A DNA stretch of 64,000 bases from contig MU053216.1 in NCBI GenBank assembly GCA_013239625.1, positions 1,118,001 to 1,182,000 on the forward strand, given 5' to 3'. The notes below the pieces were generated by a model that saw only the letters and a program-made list of their open reading frames with translations, did not search any database and was not told the DNA's origin. This document shows, in pieces, positions 30,236-44,200 of the stretch. The stretch is from Lama guanicoe. Lineage: Eukaryota. A program made the position numbers and the translations under genes. The stretch's first letter is position 1, and the number at the start of each line of letters is the position of its first letter.

Positions 30236-30822
30236 TCAGGGCTGGGATCCCTGTCTGGCTCTGCCGCGGACTTGCTGGGATGTCTCGGGCAAGCGCCTTA
30301 ATCCCTCTGGCTCTCTCTGCCCTAGAGCTGTTGGAAGAGCGCCCCCAGTCCCCTTCCCTCTTTGCGGAGATGTGAGGCCATGAGAGGCCCCGCCCGGCGC
30401 CCACCCAGCCTGCCCAGTGCCCGAGCCCCTTCTTTCTCCTGCAACCTGGGCTTGGGCTTTTCTGAGTTTGTTCTGGTCTCAGAAGGTGGTTCCTTGGGAT
30501 CTACGTAGTGGGGCAGGGACACCCCCCTCCCCTAGTGTATGGACAAGGAAGCTCAGATTAGGCAGAAGAGGGAGCTGCCCGGGGTGGAGGAGAGGGTCCA
30601 GGGGTTCCCTGGCTTCCATCCTGGGACTGTGTTAAACCAGGGTCTCCCACCCCCGCTGTCACTGACATTCTTGTGCGGGGAGAGGCAGGGGTTGCCCCCC
30701 CCCCGTGTTGGGGGATGGGCCACTGCATCCTGGCTCCTTCACATGAGAGGCCACCCCCATCTTTCTGGTCTTCGGTCAGCCCAGAATTGCTGCACGCTGC
30801 TGAATGCCCCCGGGGCGAATCA

Positions 30823-31176
<354 letters not shown>

Positions 31177-31573
31177 CTACACACGGTCCCTTCCTGGGCA
31201 GTGTCAGGGGCCTGAGCCGGCCTGCAGTTTGGGGGCAGGAGTGACAGAAACAGGGAAGCACGTGGCCAGGGGTCTAGCTCCCACACTGAGGTCCCTCAGC
31301 CCGGTCCCCTAGGAGACACTCCAGCTGGGGTCATCTGCTGGAGGATGATGCCAGGCCCGCCCAGGGTCCTGAGAGAGTGGCTCTGCTGGTCCGCTGCTGC
31401 CCCACAGAGCCACAGCCGGGAGGAGGCCCCACGCGTCGGGCCGGCTGCTCCAGCCGCCGGGGCCCGGCGGGGCTGGGGTAAGGCGTCTCACGGTGCCCTC
31501 CGATGGGTGGCCTCGAGTCGCGCAGCCTCTCGGCAGACCAGCCTGGCCTCCGGGCACCGTGGGGGGCCCCTCA

Positions 31574-32173
<600 letters not shown>

Positions 32174-32288
32174 TCAGGGCTGGGTCCCACCGCCCACCCC
32201 GGCGACCACCCCAGGGCCTGGTGTGTTAGCTGCAGGGAAATTTCCCCGTGGCGGGAGCCTGGCCCTTCATCTAAACTGCCTCTTCCTA

Positions 32289-33114
<826 letters not shown>

Positions 33115-33204
33115 TTACGGACACAGAGGAGCTGGTCATCCCACCCCTGTCCAGCTGCTCCTGCCACCAGCCTGGGCCTTTACTGATGCAACTGAGGGAA
33201 TGGA

Positions 33205-33400
33205 CTGACCGCTCATCATGTGTCAGGCTGGTGCCAACCACCACCCCCCTGGCCTGTGTTCAGTGCCTCATTAATGGTTCCAGTGACCTGATGAAGCAGG
33301 TACTCTGAGTTGACCCATTTCACAGATGGGGAAACCAGAGGCCATGTCAGTGGTTAATGGCCGAGCTGGGGTCAGCCAGGTCCAGCTGTGCTCTGAAGCA
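33205..33400. mobile_element. MIR fragment
   Basis: cccatttcacagatggggaaaccagaggc. Confidence 0.6.
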
Positions 33401-33813
33401 CTGTGACGTACACCCTCCTGAGATGACGACTAGAAGGGGGCTGCTCAGAGAAAGAAGAGCCTGTCCGGCTGGGCTGAGAATATAGCATTTGTACAGGACC
33501 TTGAAGGACAGGTAGACCTCAGTGGGGGCTGGGACAGGAAGGCAGTTTGGGTGGTAGAGGGTGGGCAAGGGGTGTGTTTAGGGAGGAGTGAGTGGGGTAC
33601 CCACCCATTTTAAAATCACTTTTATTTTAAGCACACCAAGTTGTTGGCTATTTAAGCTTCTCCCCGAGTAGGTGTGTTGGTACAACAAGGAATGAAAGCT
33701 CTTTGTTGCAAAGCCCCTCCCCTCTCCTTCCCTCCCCTCCCCCCCCCTCCCCTCCCCTCCTCTGCTTCACCCGTCCCAGCCCGCAGACTGGTCCGTGAAG
33801 CCGGGGGCAGTAC

Positions 33814-33938
33814 CTTGACACCATCCTTAAACCAGGCTCCAGGCCCCAGGTCACGGGTGAGGGTGCAGGAGAGCACGGCGTCCTCCCCCTGCTGCACCTC
33901 CGTGTCAGCCAGGCCCTGGGAGAAGTGGCCTGCGGGGC
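33814..33938 (-). CDS. IGFN1: IGFN1 exon 13, copy 2 (identical duplicate)
   Basis: Same 125 bp and same splice sites, offset by 213 bp. Confidence 0.85.
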
Positions 33939-34026
33939 CTGGGGAGACACAGGGGAGAGTCGGACTCCCCTCCTCTGCTTCTCCCCTCCCAGCCCGCAGA
34001 CTGGTCCGTGAAGCCGGGGGCAGTAC

Positions 34027-34151
34027 CTTGACACCATCCTTAAACCAGGCTCCAGGCCCCAGGTCACGGGTGAGGGTGCAGGAGAGCACGGCGTCCTCCC
34101 CCTGCTGCACCTCCGTGTCAGCCAGGCCCTGGGAGAAGTGGCCTGCGGGGC
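34027..34151 (-). CDS. IGFN1: IGFN1 exon 13, copy 1 (GPAGHFSQGLADTEVQQGEDAVLSCTLTRDLGPGAWFKDGVK)
   Basis: ccccag|GC acceptor, AAG|GTACTG donor; 125 bp, phase 1-0. Confidence 0.88.
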
Positions 34152-34634
34152 CTGGGGAGACACAGGGGAGAGTCGGGGCCAGGCACTCAGGGATCCCCCA
34201 CGGCCCAGCCTCCTAGGCCACGGCCTGTGCGGCACCCTGGGAGGCCACATGTCCTGCCACCTGGGCTCAGCCGGTGCCAGCAGGGCCAGACCGCCCATTT
34301 TTCTCTGCAGGGCCTAGGCTGGTGCTGGAGATCTGGGGTGCAACGTAAGTGATGGGCCTTGGAGTCACGCAGAGGGAAGTCTGGGTAACCCTCAGAGAGT
34401 TAGTTCAGCAACTCAGTGCTTTGGACATAGGGTATCAAGACAGACACCCAGGAGGGTGCTGAGCCCCGCAGCCGGGATCCCACCTGCACAGGAGGAAGAG
34501 GCTGCTTCCTAAATTGGGAAATGAGCACTGGCAATGGGAAGCACTGATGGGGGCAAACTCCTGGGGCTGGAGGCAGGTTAGGGACCGGCCCAGGCACCCC
34601 AGTGTCCAGAGAGTGTCCCTGGAACAACACCTAC

Positions 34635-37600
34635 CTCGAGCCTCCTCGGAGAAACCACCAGCGCCAGGCTTGTGTCTGGATCTGGGACTGCGGGCGGCAT
34701 CGCTTCTCTGGCCATGGGCGTCCAACCCGCCCTCTTGGCCGCCTCTCCTGCTGCCAGCATGGCTCGGGGGCTCCCCCGGGCACACCCCATCCTCTCCTCC
34801 AGGCAGCTGCTCCAGGCCTCTCGTTGCTGGTCCAACCTCGACCCTTGACCACGTCTGAGTCCTACTCCTGAATGGGCCGGGCCTCCTTTCTGGCCCGCCA
34901 GACTCCTCTGCACCACGGCCCTCATGCTCCTTTAGGGCACCTGGACCTTGGGCTCTGTCATCCTCAGCCTCCAGGGATGCCTGCCCCACTAGGGACCCCC
35001 TTCCTCCCCTCTGTCCTTTTTCCAGCTGCGAGCCAGGCCCCTGGATCCCCCCTGATCTGTCTGCAGAGTCTTTTCTGCCAAGGAGACCACCTAGGCCCTC
35101 CCTGGCTCCCTGGCGCCCCAGACCCCCAGGCTTCTGGGTGGGGTCATTCTCCCCCTCCGCAGAAGCCCCCCTTCTCGGGACACCTGCGTCCCCTGGGCCG
35201 CTAGCCCTGCCCCGTCCCAGACCAGAAGCTTTGCCATCCAGAAACCCTGGGCTTTGCCCACCCCAGCCCCCAGAACCCTCAGGCCCTTCATGGGACCCCC
35301 CAAAAGTGGCATCTTCCTCCTGCCGGGAGCTTGAAACCCTGGAGCCTGGGGGCCCACCCCTGGCACCCGTGCTTCCTTGGCCAGACCCCTGGTCTTCCCA
35401 GCCTGGGCCCCAAGAGTCGCTGATCCCACGCCCATCAGCAGACCCTAGCATTGATTCGCCCATTTTCCTGGGCATCTGGCCGCTGTCTAGACTGTGGCCT
35501 GCACCTGCTGAGCCCCCCACCCCTGCCCCAATCCTCCTGCCTCCCAGGGGTGTGGTCCCAGGACCCTGAGGTCCCAACCCACCCTGGCCAGTTGCTGGAT
35601 CCCCGTCTGCTGTCCCTGGCCCTGCTTCCCAGAAGTCAGGATCACGCTGTGATTCCAGAGCAGCGGTCCCTGCCCAGGTCTTGCCCTGCACTGCCCCCGG
35701 ACCATCAGGAAACCCAGAAGCTCCCACACCCCTTGCACGGCCTGCAGCCCTGCCCTTCTCACTGGGAGCCTCTCTGTACCCAGGGGACTCTCGGAGTCCA
35801 GAGCCCTTCTGCCGCCCTCTGATGCCTGACTGTCCCTCAGAGCCAATAGCCCCCAGCGCCTCAGGGCTGCCCAAGGAGCCAGAGGCCCCCAAGCCACTTA
35901 CAGAGCCCTTCCCATCCAAAAGAGCCTGCGGTCCTTCGTGAGTGCCCTGCATCCCCAGGCCCCTGGGGCCGTCCCCCTGTGCTGTGCCATCTGCGGTGCC
36001 CACTGTTCCAGCCTTCCTGGAGCCCAGCCCAGCACCTGCCCCTCCCATGAGCCCCGTCCCGCTGCCCCTCTCTGGACCATCCTTGGGGCCTGTGCCACCA
36101 TAAGACCCCTCTGATGCTGACCAGTATCCTGGCTGGTGCCCCCTGGCTTCTTGACCTCTGGGTCCACCCTCATGTCCCATTCCAGCCAGTGAGTCTGTTA
36201 CTCCAAACCTCCCTGAACCATCTCTGCAGCCCATCTCACCCCCTGGGCCTTTCCCACCAGATCCTCTCGAGTCTCCCCTATAATCTCCTTTACTCCCTGA
36301 CCCTATTCCTCTAAGACCCCCTGATCCATCCCTGTAACCTGCCTCACCCCCTGCCCCTACGTCCCCAGAACCCCCTAAACCATCCCTGTAACCAGCCTCA
36401 CCCCTTGACCCCATTCCTCTAAGACCCCCTGAACTACCCTTATACCCTGCCTCACCCCCTAACCCTACTTCCCCAGAACCCCCTACACCATCCCTGTAAC
36501 CAGCCTCACCCCTTGACCCCATTCCTCTAAGACCCCCTGAACTACCCTTATACCCTGCCTCACCCCCTAACCCTACTTCCCCAGAACCCCCTACACCATC
36601 CCTGTAACCAGCCTCACCCCTTGACCCCATTCCTCTAAGACCCCCTGAACTACCCTTATACCCTGCCTCACCCCCTAACCCTACTTCCCCAGAACCCCCT
36701 ACACCATCCCTGTAACCAGCCTCACCCCTTGACCCCATTCCTCTAAGACCCCCTGAACTACCCTTATACCCTGCCTCACCCCCTAACCCTACTTCCCCAG
36801 AACCCCCTACACCATCCCTGTAACCAGCCTCACCCCTTGACCCCATTCCTCTAAGACCCCCTGAACTACCCTTATACCCTGCCTCACCCCCTAACCCTAC
36901 TTCCCCAGAACCCCCTACACCATCCCTGTAACCAGCCTCACCCCTTGACCCCATTCCTCTAAGACCCCCTGAACTACCCTTATACCCTGCCTCACCCCCT
37001 AACCCTACTTCCCCAGAACCCCCTACACCATCCCTGTAACCAGCCTCACCCCTTGACCCCATTCCTCTAAGACCCCCTGAACTACCCTTATACCCTGCCT
37101 CACCCCCTAACCCTACTTCCCCAGAACCCCCTACACCATCCCTGTAACCAGCCTCACCCCTTGACCCCATTCCTCTAAGACCCCCTGAACTACCCTTATA
37201 CCCTGCCTCACCCCCTAACCCTACTTCCCCAGAACCCCCTACACCATCCCTGTAACCAGCCTCACCCCTTGACCCCATTCCTCTAAGACCCCCTGAACTA
37301 CCCTTATACCCTGCCTCACCCCCTAACCCTACTTCCCCAGAACCCCCTACACCATCCCTGTAACCAGCCTCACCCCTTGACCCCATTCCTCTAAGACCCC
37401 CTGAACTACCCTTATACCCTGCCTCACCCCCTAACCCTACTTCCCCAGAACCCCCTACACCATCCCTGTAACCAGCCTCACCCCTTGACCCCATTCCTCT
37501 AAGACCCCCTGAACTACCCTTATACCCTGCCTCACCCCCTAACCCTACTTCCCCAGAACCCCCTACACCATCCCTGTAACCAGCCTCACCCCTTGACCCC

Positions 37601-40600
37601 ATTCCTCTAAGACCCCCTGAACTACCCTTATACCCTGCCTCACCCCCTAACCCTACTTCCCCAGAACCCCCTACACCATCCCTGTAACCAGCCTCACCCC
37701 TTGACCCCATTCCTCTAAGACCCCCTGAACTACCCTTATACCCTGCCTCACCCCCTAACCCTACTTCCCCAGAACCCCCTACACCATCCCTGTAACCAGC
37801 CTCACCCCTTGACCCCATTCCTCTAAGACCCCCTGAACCATCCTTATACCCTGCCTCACCCCCTGACCCCCCCTCCCCGGAACCCCCTACACCATCCCTG
37901 TAACCAGCCTCACCCCCTGACCCCACCTCCCCAGAACCCCCTAAACCATCCCTGTAACCAGCCTCACCCCTTGACCCCATTCCTCTAAGACCCCCTGAAC
38001 TACCCTTATACCCTGCCTCACCCCCTCACCCCACCTCCCCAGAACCCCCTAAACCATCCCTGTAACCAGCCTCACCCCTTGACCCCATTCCTCTAAGACC
38101 CCCTGAACTACCCTTATACCCTGCCTCACCCCCTCACCCCACCTCCCCAGAACCCCCTAAACCATCCCTGTAACCAGCCTCACCCCTTGACCCCATTCCT
38201 CTAAGACCCCCTGAACTACCCTTATACCCTGCCTCACCCCCTCACCCCACCTCCCCAGAACCCCCTAAACCATCCCTGTAACCAGCCTCACCCCTTGACC
38301 CCATTCCTCTAAGACCCCCTGAACTACCCTTATACCCTGCCTCACCCCCTCACCCCACCTCCCCAGAACCCCCTAAACCATCCCTGTAACCAGCCTCACC
38401 CCTTGACCCCATTCCTCTAAGACCCCCTGAACTACCCTTATACCCTGCCTCACCCCCTCACCCCACCTCCCCAGAACCCCCTAAACCATCCCTGTAACCA
38501 GCCTCACCCCTTGACCCCATTCCTCTAAGACCCCCTGAACTACCCTTATACCCTGCCTCACCCCCTCACCCCACCTCCCCAGAACCCCCTAAACCATCCC
38601 TGTAACCAGCCTCACCCCTTGACCCCATTCCTCTAAGACCCCCTGAACTACCCTTATACCCTGCCTCACCCCCTCACCCCACCTCCCCAGAACCCCCTAA
38701 ACCATCCCTGTAACCAGCCTCACCCCTTGACCCCATTCCTCTAAGACCCCCTGAACTACCCTTATACCCTGCCTCACCCCCTCACCCCACCTCCCCAGAA
38801 CCCCCTAAACCATCCCTGTAACCAGCCTCAGCCCCTGCCCCCATCCCTCTGAGACCCCCCGAACCACTTCTAAAGCCTGCTTCACTGCTTGGCTCCCTCC
38901 CCTCAGGCCCAAGACCCCTTGACCTTCCTCCATAAGCTGTTTCACCTCCTATTTGCTGAGGTCCTGGAATTCCTGATCCATCCCCATAACCCAGCACTTT
39001 GCCTGACCCAGAAGCCCCCCAGCTCTCAGAAGGCATCCCAGCGTGAGAAGCCAGTGCCTTGGGGCGCCTGGCATCGTCCAGGTAGCCAGAGCCTGCTCTA
39101 GAGGCCCCGTCCCCATCACTCACTCTGCCTGCTGCGCTCAGGGGCCCTGAGCCCCCAGGGCCGTCTTTGTGGCCTCCTTCTCTGGAGGCTCCGAGGCCCC
39201 CGTGATCTGCATCCCGACTCCAAGGCCCTCCTCTTCTAGAGCCCCCTGGTTCAGCTCCTGCATGCCCATGGCCCTCCCCAGCAGTTCCCACAGTGACAGG
39301 GGACCCGAGGCCACCTCTACCCACAGAGCCTGCTGTCCCAGGACTCCCCAGACCACCATTGGGACGACGCCCTCGCACGGGGCCGGTGTCCCCCCCGCTT
39401 CCGGATACAGCCCTGGCCCCTGCACGCAGCCCAGCTTCACCCTCCGGCCCTCCGTCAGGGCCACCTGAGCCACTCTGGAGACTGGAAAGTCCCTCAGACC
39501 CGCTTCTGCCAGGACCGTAACCATCCTGGCTTCCAGGCCACATTCCTCCGAGCACCAGTGACCCATGCCTGTAACCAGCGCCCTTGTCAGATTCTGTCCC
39601 AGGCGCCCCAGAGGCCACTTGCCAACCAGCAGGACCAGATCCCACTCCTCCTGGCCCCCCTGAGCCATCACTAGCTGTCCAGGCTTGAGAATGCTGCGGG
39701 CTTCTAGAATCTTCCCCAGCCTCACCAGAGGCCCCTGCCGTCTCCCGGCCTGCCCTTCCCCTGAGCCCCTGTAGGCCCGTTTCCCAGCCCTTGGGACCCC
39801 CTGGACCCCCAGCACCTGCCTCCTGCAGTGAGCCCTCCCAGCCACTGCCTCCAGCTTCCCCCAGGCCAGTCCCACTTCCCCAGGCTGCCCTCGAGGCTCC
39901 TCTGCCCACTTTCCTGCTCAGACTACCCCTTCCCTCCATCTCATCCAGGCTGTCCCCCTGCAGAATCCTCTCCGTCCCTTCCCCTCCTGACCAAGACCCC
40001 AAGGGATCAGCCTGGGATCCCCGCAGGGCCTGCGTTCCCATCCCAGGTCCCAGCTGAGCGCCCCAGGGCCGCTCCAGGCCATGCCCGTCCAGTCGGCTCC
40101 CATGGTCCTGTCTGGGCTCCTTCCCTTCCCCGCTGCGCCCCCGTCCTCCCACCTGAGGATGCCCGGACCCTGCCTCCCAGCTTCCCGCCATGCCAGCATA
40201 TCTGTCCCCTTCTCTGTCTCTGCTAGCGTCTTGCTGCTGCCCTTCCGGGAGGCCCAGCCCTGATCCCAGGCCCTCCCTCTGCGGACGGGGAGCCCCTGGA
40301 AGGCTCCCGGCCCCACCTTTCTCTCTATGGAGCTGATCTTCCCCAAGAGGAGTGACTCTGCCCTCTTCTTCCAGGAAGCCCTCTCTTGCCTGCCCAGGGC
40401 CCCAGGCTGAGTCAGCTGCCTCCTCGACCTCCATCAGGGAGAAGCCGTGCCCACCCAGGCCACCTCTGTCTGGGCTGGCTGTGCGCCCGGATGCCAGCCT
40501 GGGCTCCTGGAGGGAGACCCCCATGGGGTCCTGCTCTCTGGGTCTCCCCTCCTCGCCTCGGACGCTCCTGGAATCTTCTGGGGTCTGGGCTCCCTGTGCC

Positions 40601-40649
40601 TGCAGCTGGCGGTCAGTGCTTGCGGCCAGAAGGCTTTTATCCTTCCCAG
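34635..40649 (-). CDS. IGFN1: IGFN1 giant exon 12 (Gly-rich disordered region), interrupted by 8 in-frame TGA codons
   Basis: aaag|CT GGG AAG GAT (AGKDK) start and CGA G|GTAGG end; 6015 bp, phase 1-1. ORFs 38782..40524 and 34435..37980 share one frame and are separated only by TGA-bearing repeat units. Confidence 0.88.
36300..38880 (-). repeat. Coding minisatellite: 108-bp unit (2 x 54-bp monomers; 36 aa MGSRGEAGYRDGVGGSGEVGLGGEAGYKGSSGGLRG), about 24 units
   Basis: 13 identical B units (ATGs from 37818 to 36414 at 108-bp spacing), a 162-bp transitional segment, and 8 A units carrying TGA. Confidence 0.97.
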
Positions 40650-41205
40650 CTTTGGTGAGAGGTCAGCGTCCCCAGAGAGAAACAAGAGAAAAGACCTGTT
40701 AAGTCAGGCCAAGACACCTCTGGCCTTGTGTGACCCTTGGTTTCCCCGGGAGAGAAGCAAGCTGACTGTCTCTGGAGGTGGCCAGACTGCTCCAGCTCCT
40801 TGGTGGGTGAAGCCCACCACCACCGCCCTTGTCCTGAACCTGCAGCTCACCCCACCCCCCACCAGGTGGTTGGTGAGGGCTTAAGGAGAAAACACAGAAA
40901 CCAAAAGTCATTTGCAACAAGCAATTGCATGGTGTTTAAAAATCACCTTGTCCCACTGCCTGGCTTACAAATGTCCTGGGGTCGCCTTGAACCGAGAACC
41001 CTAGGGGTGTAAGTGTTCTTTGGCCTGACCCGGGGTTTCCCATCCATCCTGGACCTGGGCACTGTCCCACGCCCCCCGGAGTAATCTGAGGCTCGGTGGC
41101 GTGGACACGCTGTGCAGGGGTGGGCTGGCCGTGAGGAGCCGGCACTGCAGTGGCACAGGATTAGATCCAAGGAGCCTTCCTCGCTCTCTGAGAGTGAAGG
41201 AGTCA

Positions 41206-41607
<402 letters not shown>

Positions 41608-42629
41608 TCAGCTGGGCGGCAGGACCCCGTGTGACCTGACACAGCGGGGCTGGGAGCTCAGAATCTCTGGCTCAGACCAGCTTAGCCACAGCTCCCTGTG
41701 TCACCTTGGACAGGTCACTCCTCACCCCAGGTATCAATTTCCCGCACATAAAATGAGGAGTTATAATTAGGTTATGAAGAATGAGCCTCTGGGCCTGGAA
41801 GCCTGTCGTTCTAAATCTGAACGTTCTATCTGGGGGCCAGGTAGGCACAGGAAGGAAGCCAGCGCTCTGAGCACAGGGCTTCACGCCTGTTGTCTGGTTA
41901 ATCCTCACCAGCACTCGGGGCAGGTGTGAGTGTTTCCCTTTCACAGGTAAGAAAATGGAGGCTTTCAAAGTTAAGCAGCTTGCCCCAGCCTTGCCCAGCT
42001 AAGAGGTGGTCCAGCCGGAATTCGCCCCTTGGGCTGGCTGGCCCCAAAGCCCCTGTTCCTTTCCCCACATCAAGCAGTTTCCAGGCGTTTCAAAGCACCG
42101 TCCCCGCAGCCAGGTCTGCTGGAGGTCTCCCCTCTCCCTCTTCCTCAGCCTTGACTGAGCCGAGTTCTTCATCTGCCTGTGGGAAGCGCTCCCCACCCGC
42201 CTCTCCTCCCTCCAAGGCCCTGGGGCTGGCAGGTGCTGGGGGCGGGGCTTGGAGCAGAAGGGGCAGGGCGGCAGGGGGGGATGGGGCCTGCACGGGCACC
42301 AGGGTGCCCGACCCAGTGGAGACTCTTGCTGGTGGGTTGTCCGAGAGCAGGCCCCATGCTGGCAAAGAGTGAGGCTCTAGAAGTTGTGGAATTAGTTGGA
42401 TTTGGCCTGAGAGTGAAGGGTTTTTGCAGGTGGTCTGTGACCCGGGTGCTCTCCGTCTGAGACAGACTCGGCGGAGCCCAGCCCACCATCAAGGAGCACA
42501 GACCTCGGACCGAGACTTGGAAAAGGAGTCATCACACTCTAGCCATCTGAGTAAGTGTTCCTCGCCCAACTGCAAGGGGGCCAGGCCACGTTCTCCCCCT
42601 ACCTCCATGGCACTGACACGAGCCCCTCA

Positions 42630-43070
<441 letters not shown>

Positions 43071-43304
43071 TTATGCAAGAGACACCGGAGACCGCTGAGC
43101 CGGCAGCCGGAGCGGAGCTGCTACCCAGCGGCCCCGAGAGGTTAGCGGGGGCAGGGAGGCGGCAGCAGTGGCCAGGGGGCCCGGCGCTTCCACTCATGAG
43201 GAGTAAGTGAACCACCCGCCACCTTCAAGGCGCCACGATCCCAGCAATCTGCACACACCCACTTTAGCTAAGCCGAGACAGACTGGCTTCTTGCTGAATA
43301 CGGA

Positions 43305-43926
43305 CAGATGGTCCCTGACTTGACAATGGTTTGGCTTGTTTTGCTTTGACTTTACGACGGTGCGAAAGCGATACACATTCAGTAGAAACCGTACTTGGAG
43401 TCTGGAATTTCAGTCTTTCCCAGGCTAGCGATAGTGGTGCTGGGCAGCCCCAGCCCCAGCCCCAGCCCCAGCCCCAGCCCCAGCCCCAGCCCCAGCCCCA
43501 GCCCCAGCCCCAGCCCCAGCCCCAGCCCCAGCCCCAGCCCCAGCCCCAGCCCCAGCCCCAGCCCCAGCCCCAGCCCCAGCCCCAGCCCCAGCCCCAGCCC
43601 CAGCCCCAGCCCCAGCCCCAGCCCCGGTCAGCCCCGCGCTCACGGGGCAAACCACCGATGCACGGAGAACCGCTCCGTAGCAGACAACCGCCTGGTTTCC
43701 ACTTTCGGTGTAGCAATTAACAGACTCCAGGAGACACTCAACTCTGTGATGAAGCAGGCTTTCTGTTGGGTGCCTTTGCCCAGCACAGGCTGGTGTGAGT
43801 GCTCCGGGCACGGCGACGGTCGCTAGGCTGAGCTATGGGGTTTGGTAGACTAGGTGTATTGAACGTAGTTTTGACTTACAAAGGGTTTCTCAGGATGTAC
43901 CCCCACCGTAGGTCGAGGAAGATCTG
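43305..43926. mobile_element. Tigger5/MER47-like TcMar DNA transposon, intron 9
   Basis: Imperfect terminal inverted repeats CAGATGGTCCCTGACTT...AGGTCGAGGAAGATCTG followed by TA; internal sequence resembles the recalled MER47/Tigger5 consensus. Confidence 0.8.
43445..43624. repeat. Perfect hexanucleotide microsatellite (CAGCCC)30, i.e. (GGGGCT)n on the IGFN1 sense strand
   Basis: 180 bp of uninterrupted repeat. Confidence 0.98.
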
Positions 43927-43934
43927 TATTAACG

Positions 43935-44200
43935 ATAGCTAACACTTAGCTGCCTGCTGTGTGCCCGGCACTGTTTGAGGGACCTGGGACACATCAGTGA
44001 ATAAAACAGAGTCCTGCCCTCTGGGAGCTACAGTTCTATGGGGAGACAGGGAAATAACAGACATCATGAATAAGTGCATAATACAACGTGTGTCAGACAG
44101 AGATGAAGCTGGGGGATAGAAAGGAAGGAGGCTGTGGGTCCAGAAGTGCCGGGATGGCACGGGGGCACAACAGCCCTGCACGAGTGTCTGGGAAGTGAGT
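43935..44200. mobile_element. L2 LINE fragment
   Basis: ctgtgtgcccggcactgtt...ctgggacacatcagtgaataaaacagagtcctgccctctgggagctacagttcta. Confidence 0.75.

Noticed and set aside
34435..37980. 1181-aa ORF as an independent gene
   Set aside because: It is the distal part of IGFN1 exon 12, in the same frame; its ATG is simply a repeat-unit Met.
38026..38784. Multi-UGA selenoprotein or programmed readthrough
   Set aside because: I see no AUGA SECIS core in the predicted 3'UTR (22600-23042). The context is UGA-GGG rather than UGA-CUAG. Equivalent codons in the other units are Ser or Leu, not Cys. A SECISearch run would confirm.
36300..38880. CRISPR array or interstitial telomere
   Set aside because: There are no unique spacers, the DNA is eukaryotic, and TTAGGG occurs singly within a coding 108-bp unit.
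43264..43826. Poly-WG, PQ, SP and GA ORFs
   Set aside because: These are translations of the hexamer microsatellite inside a transposon remnant.
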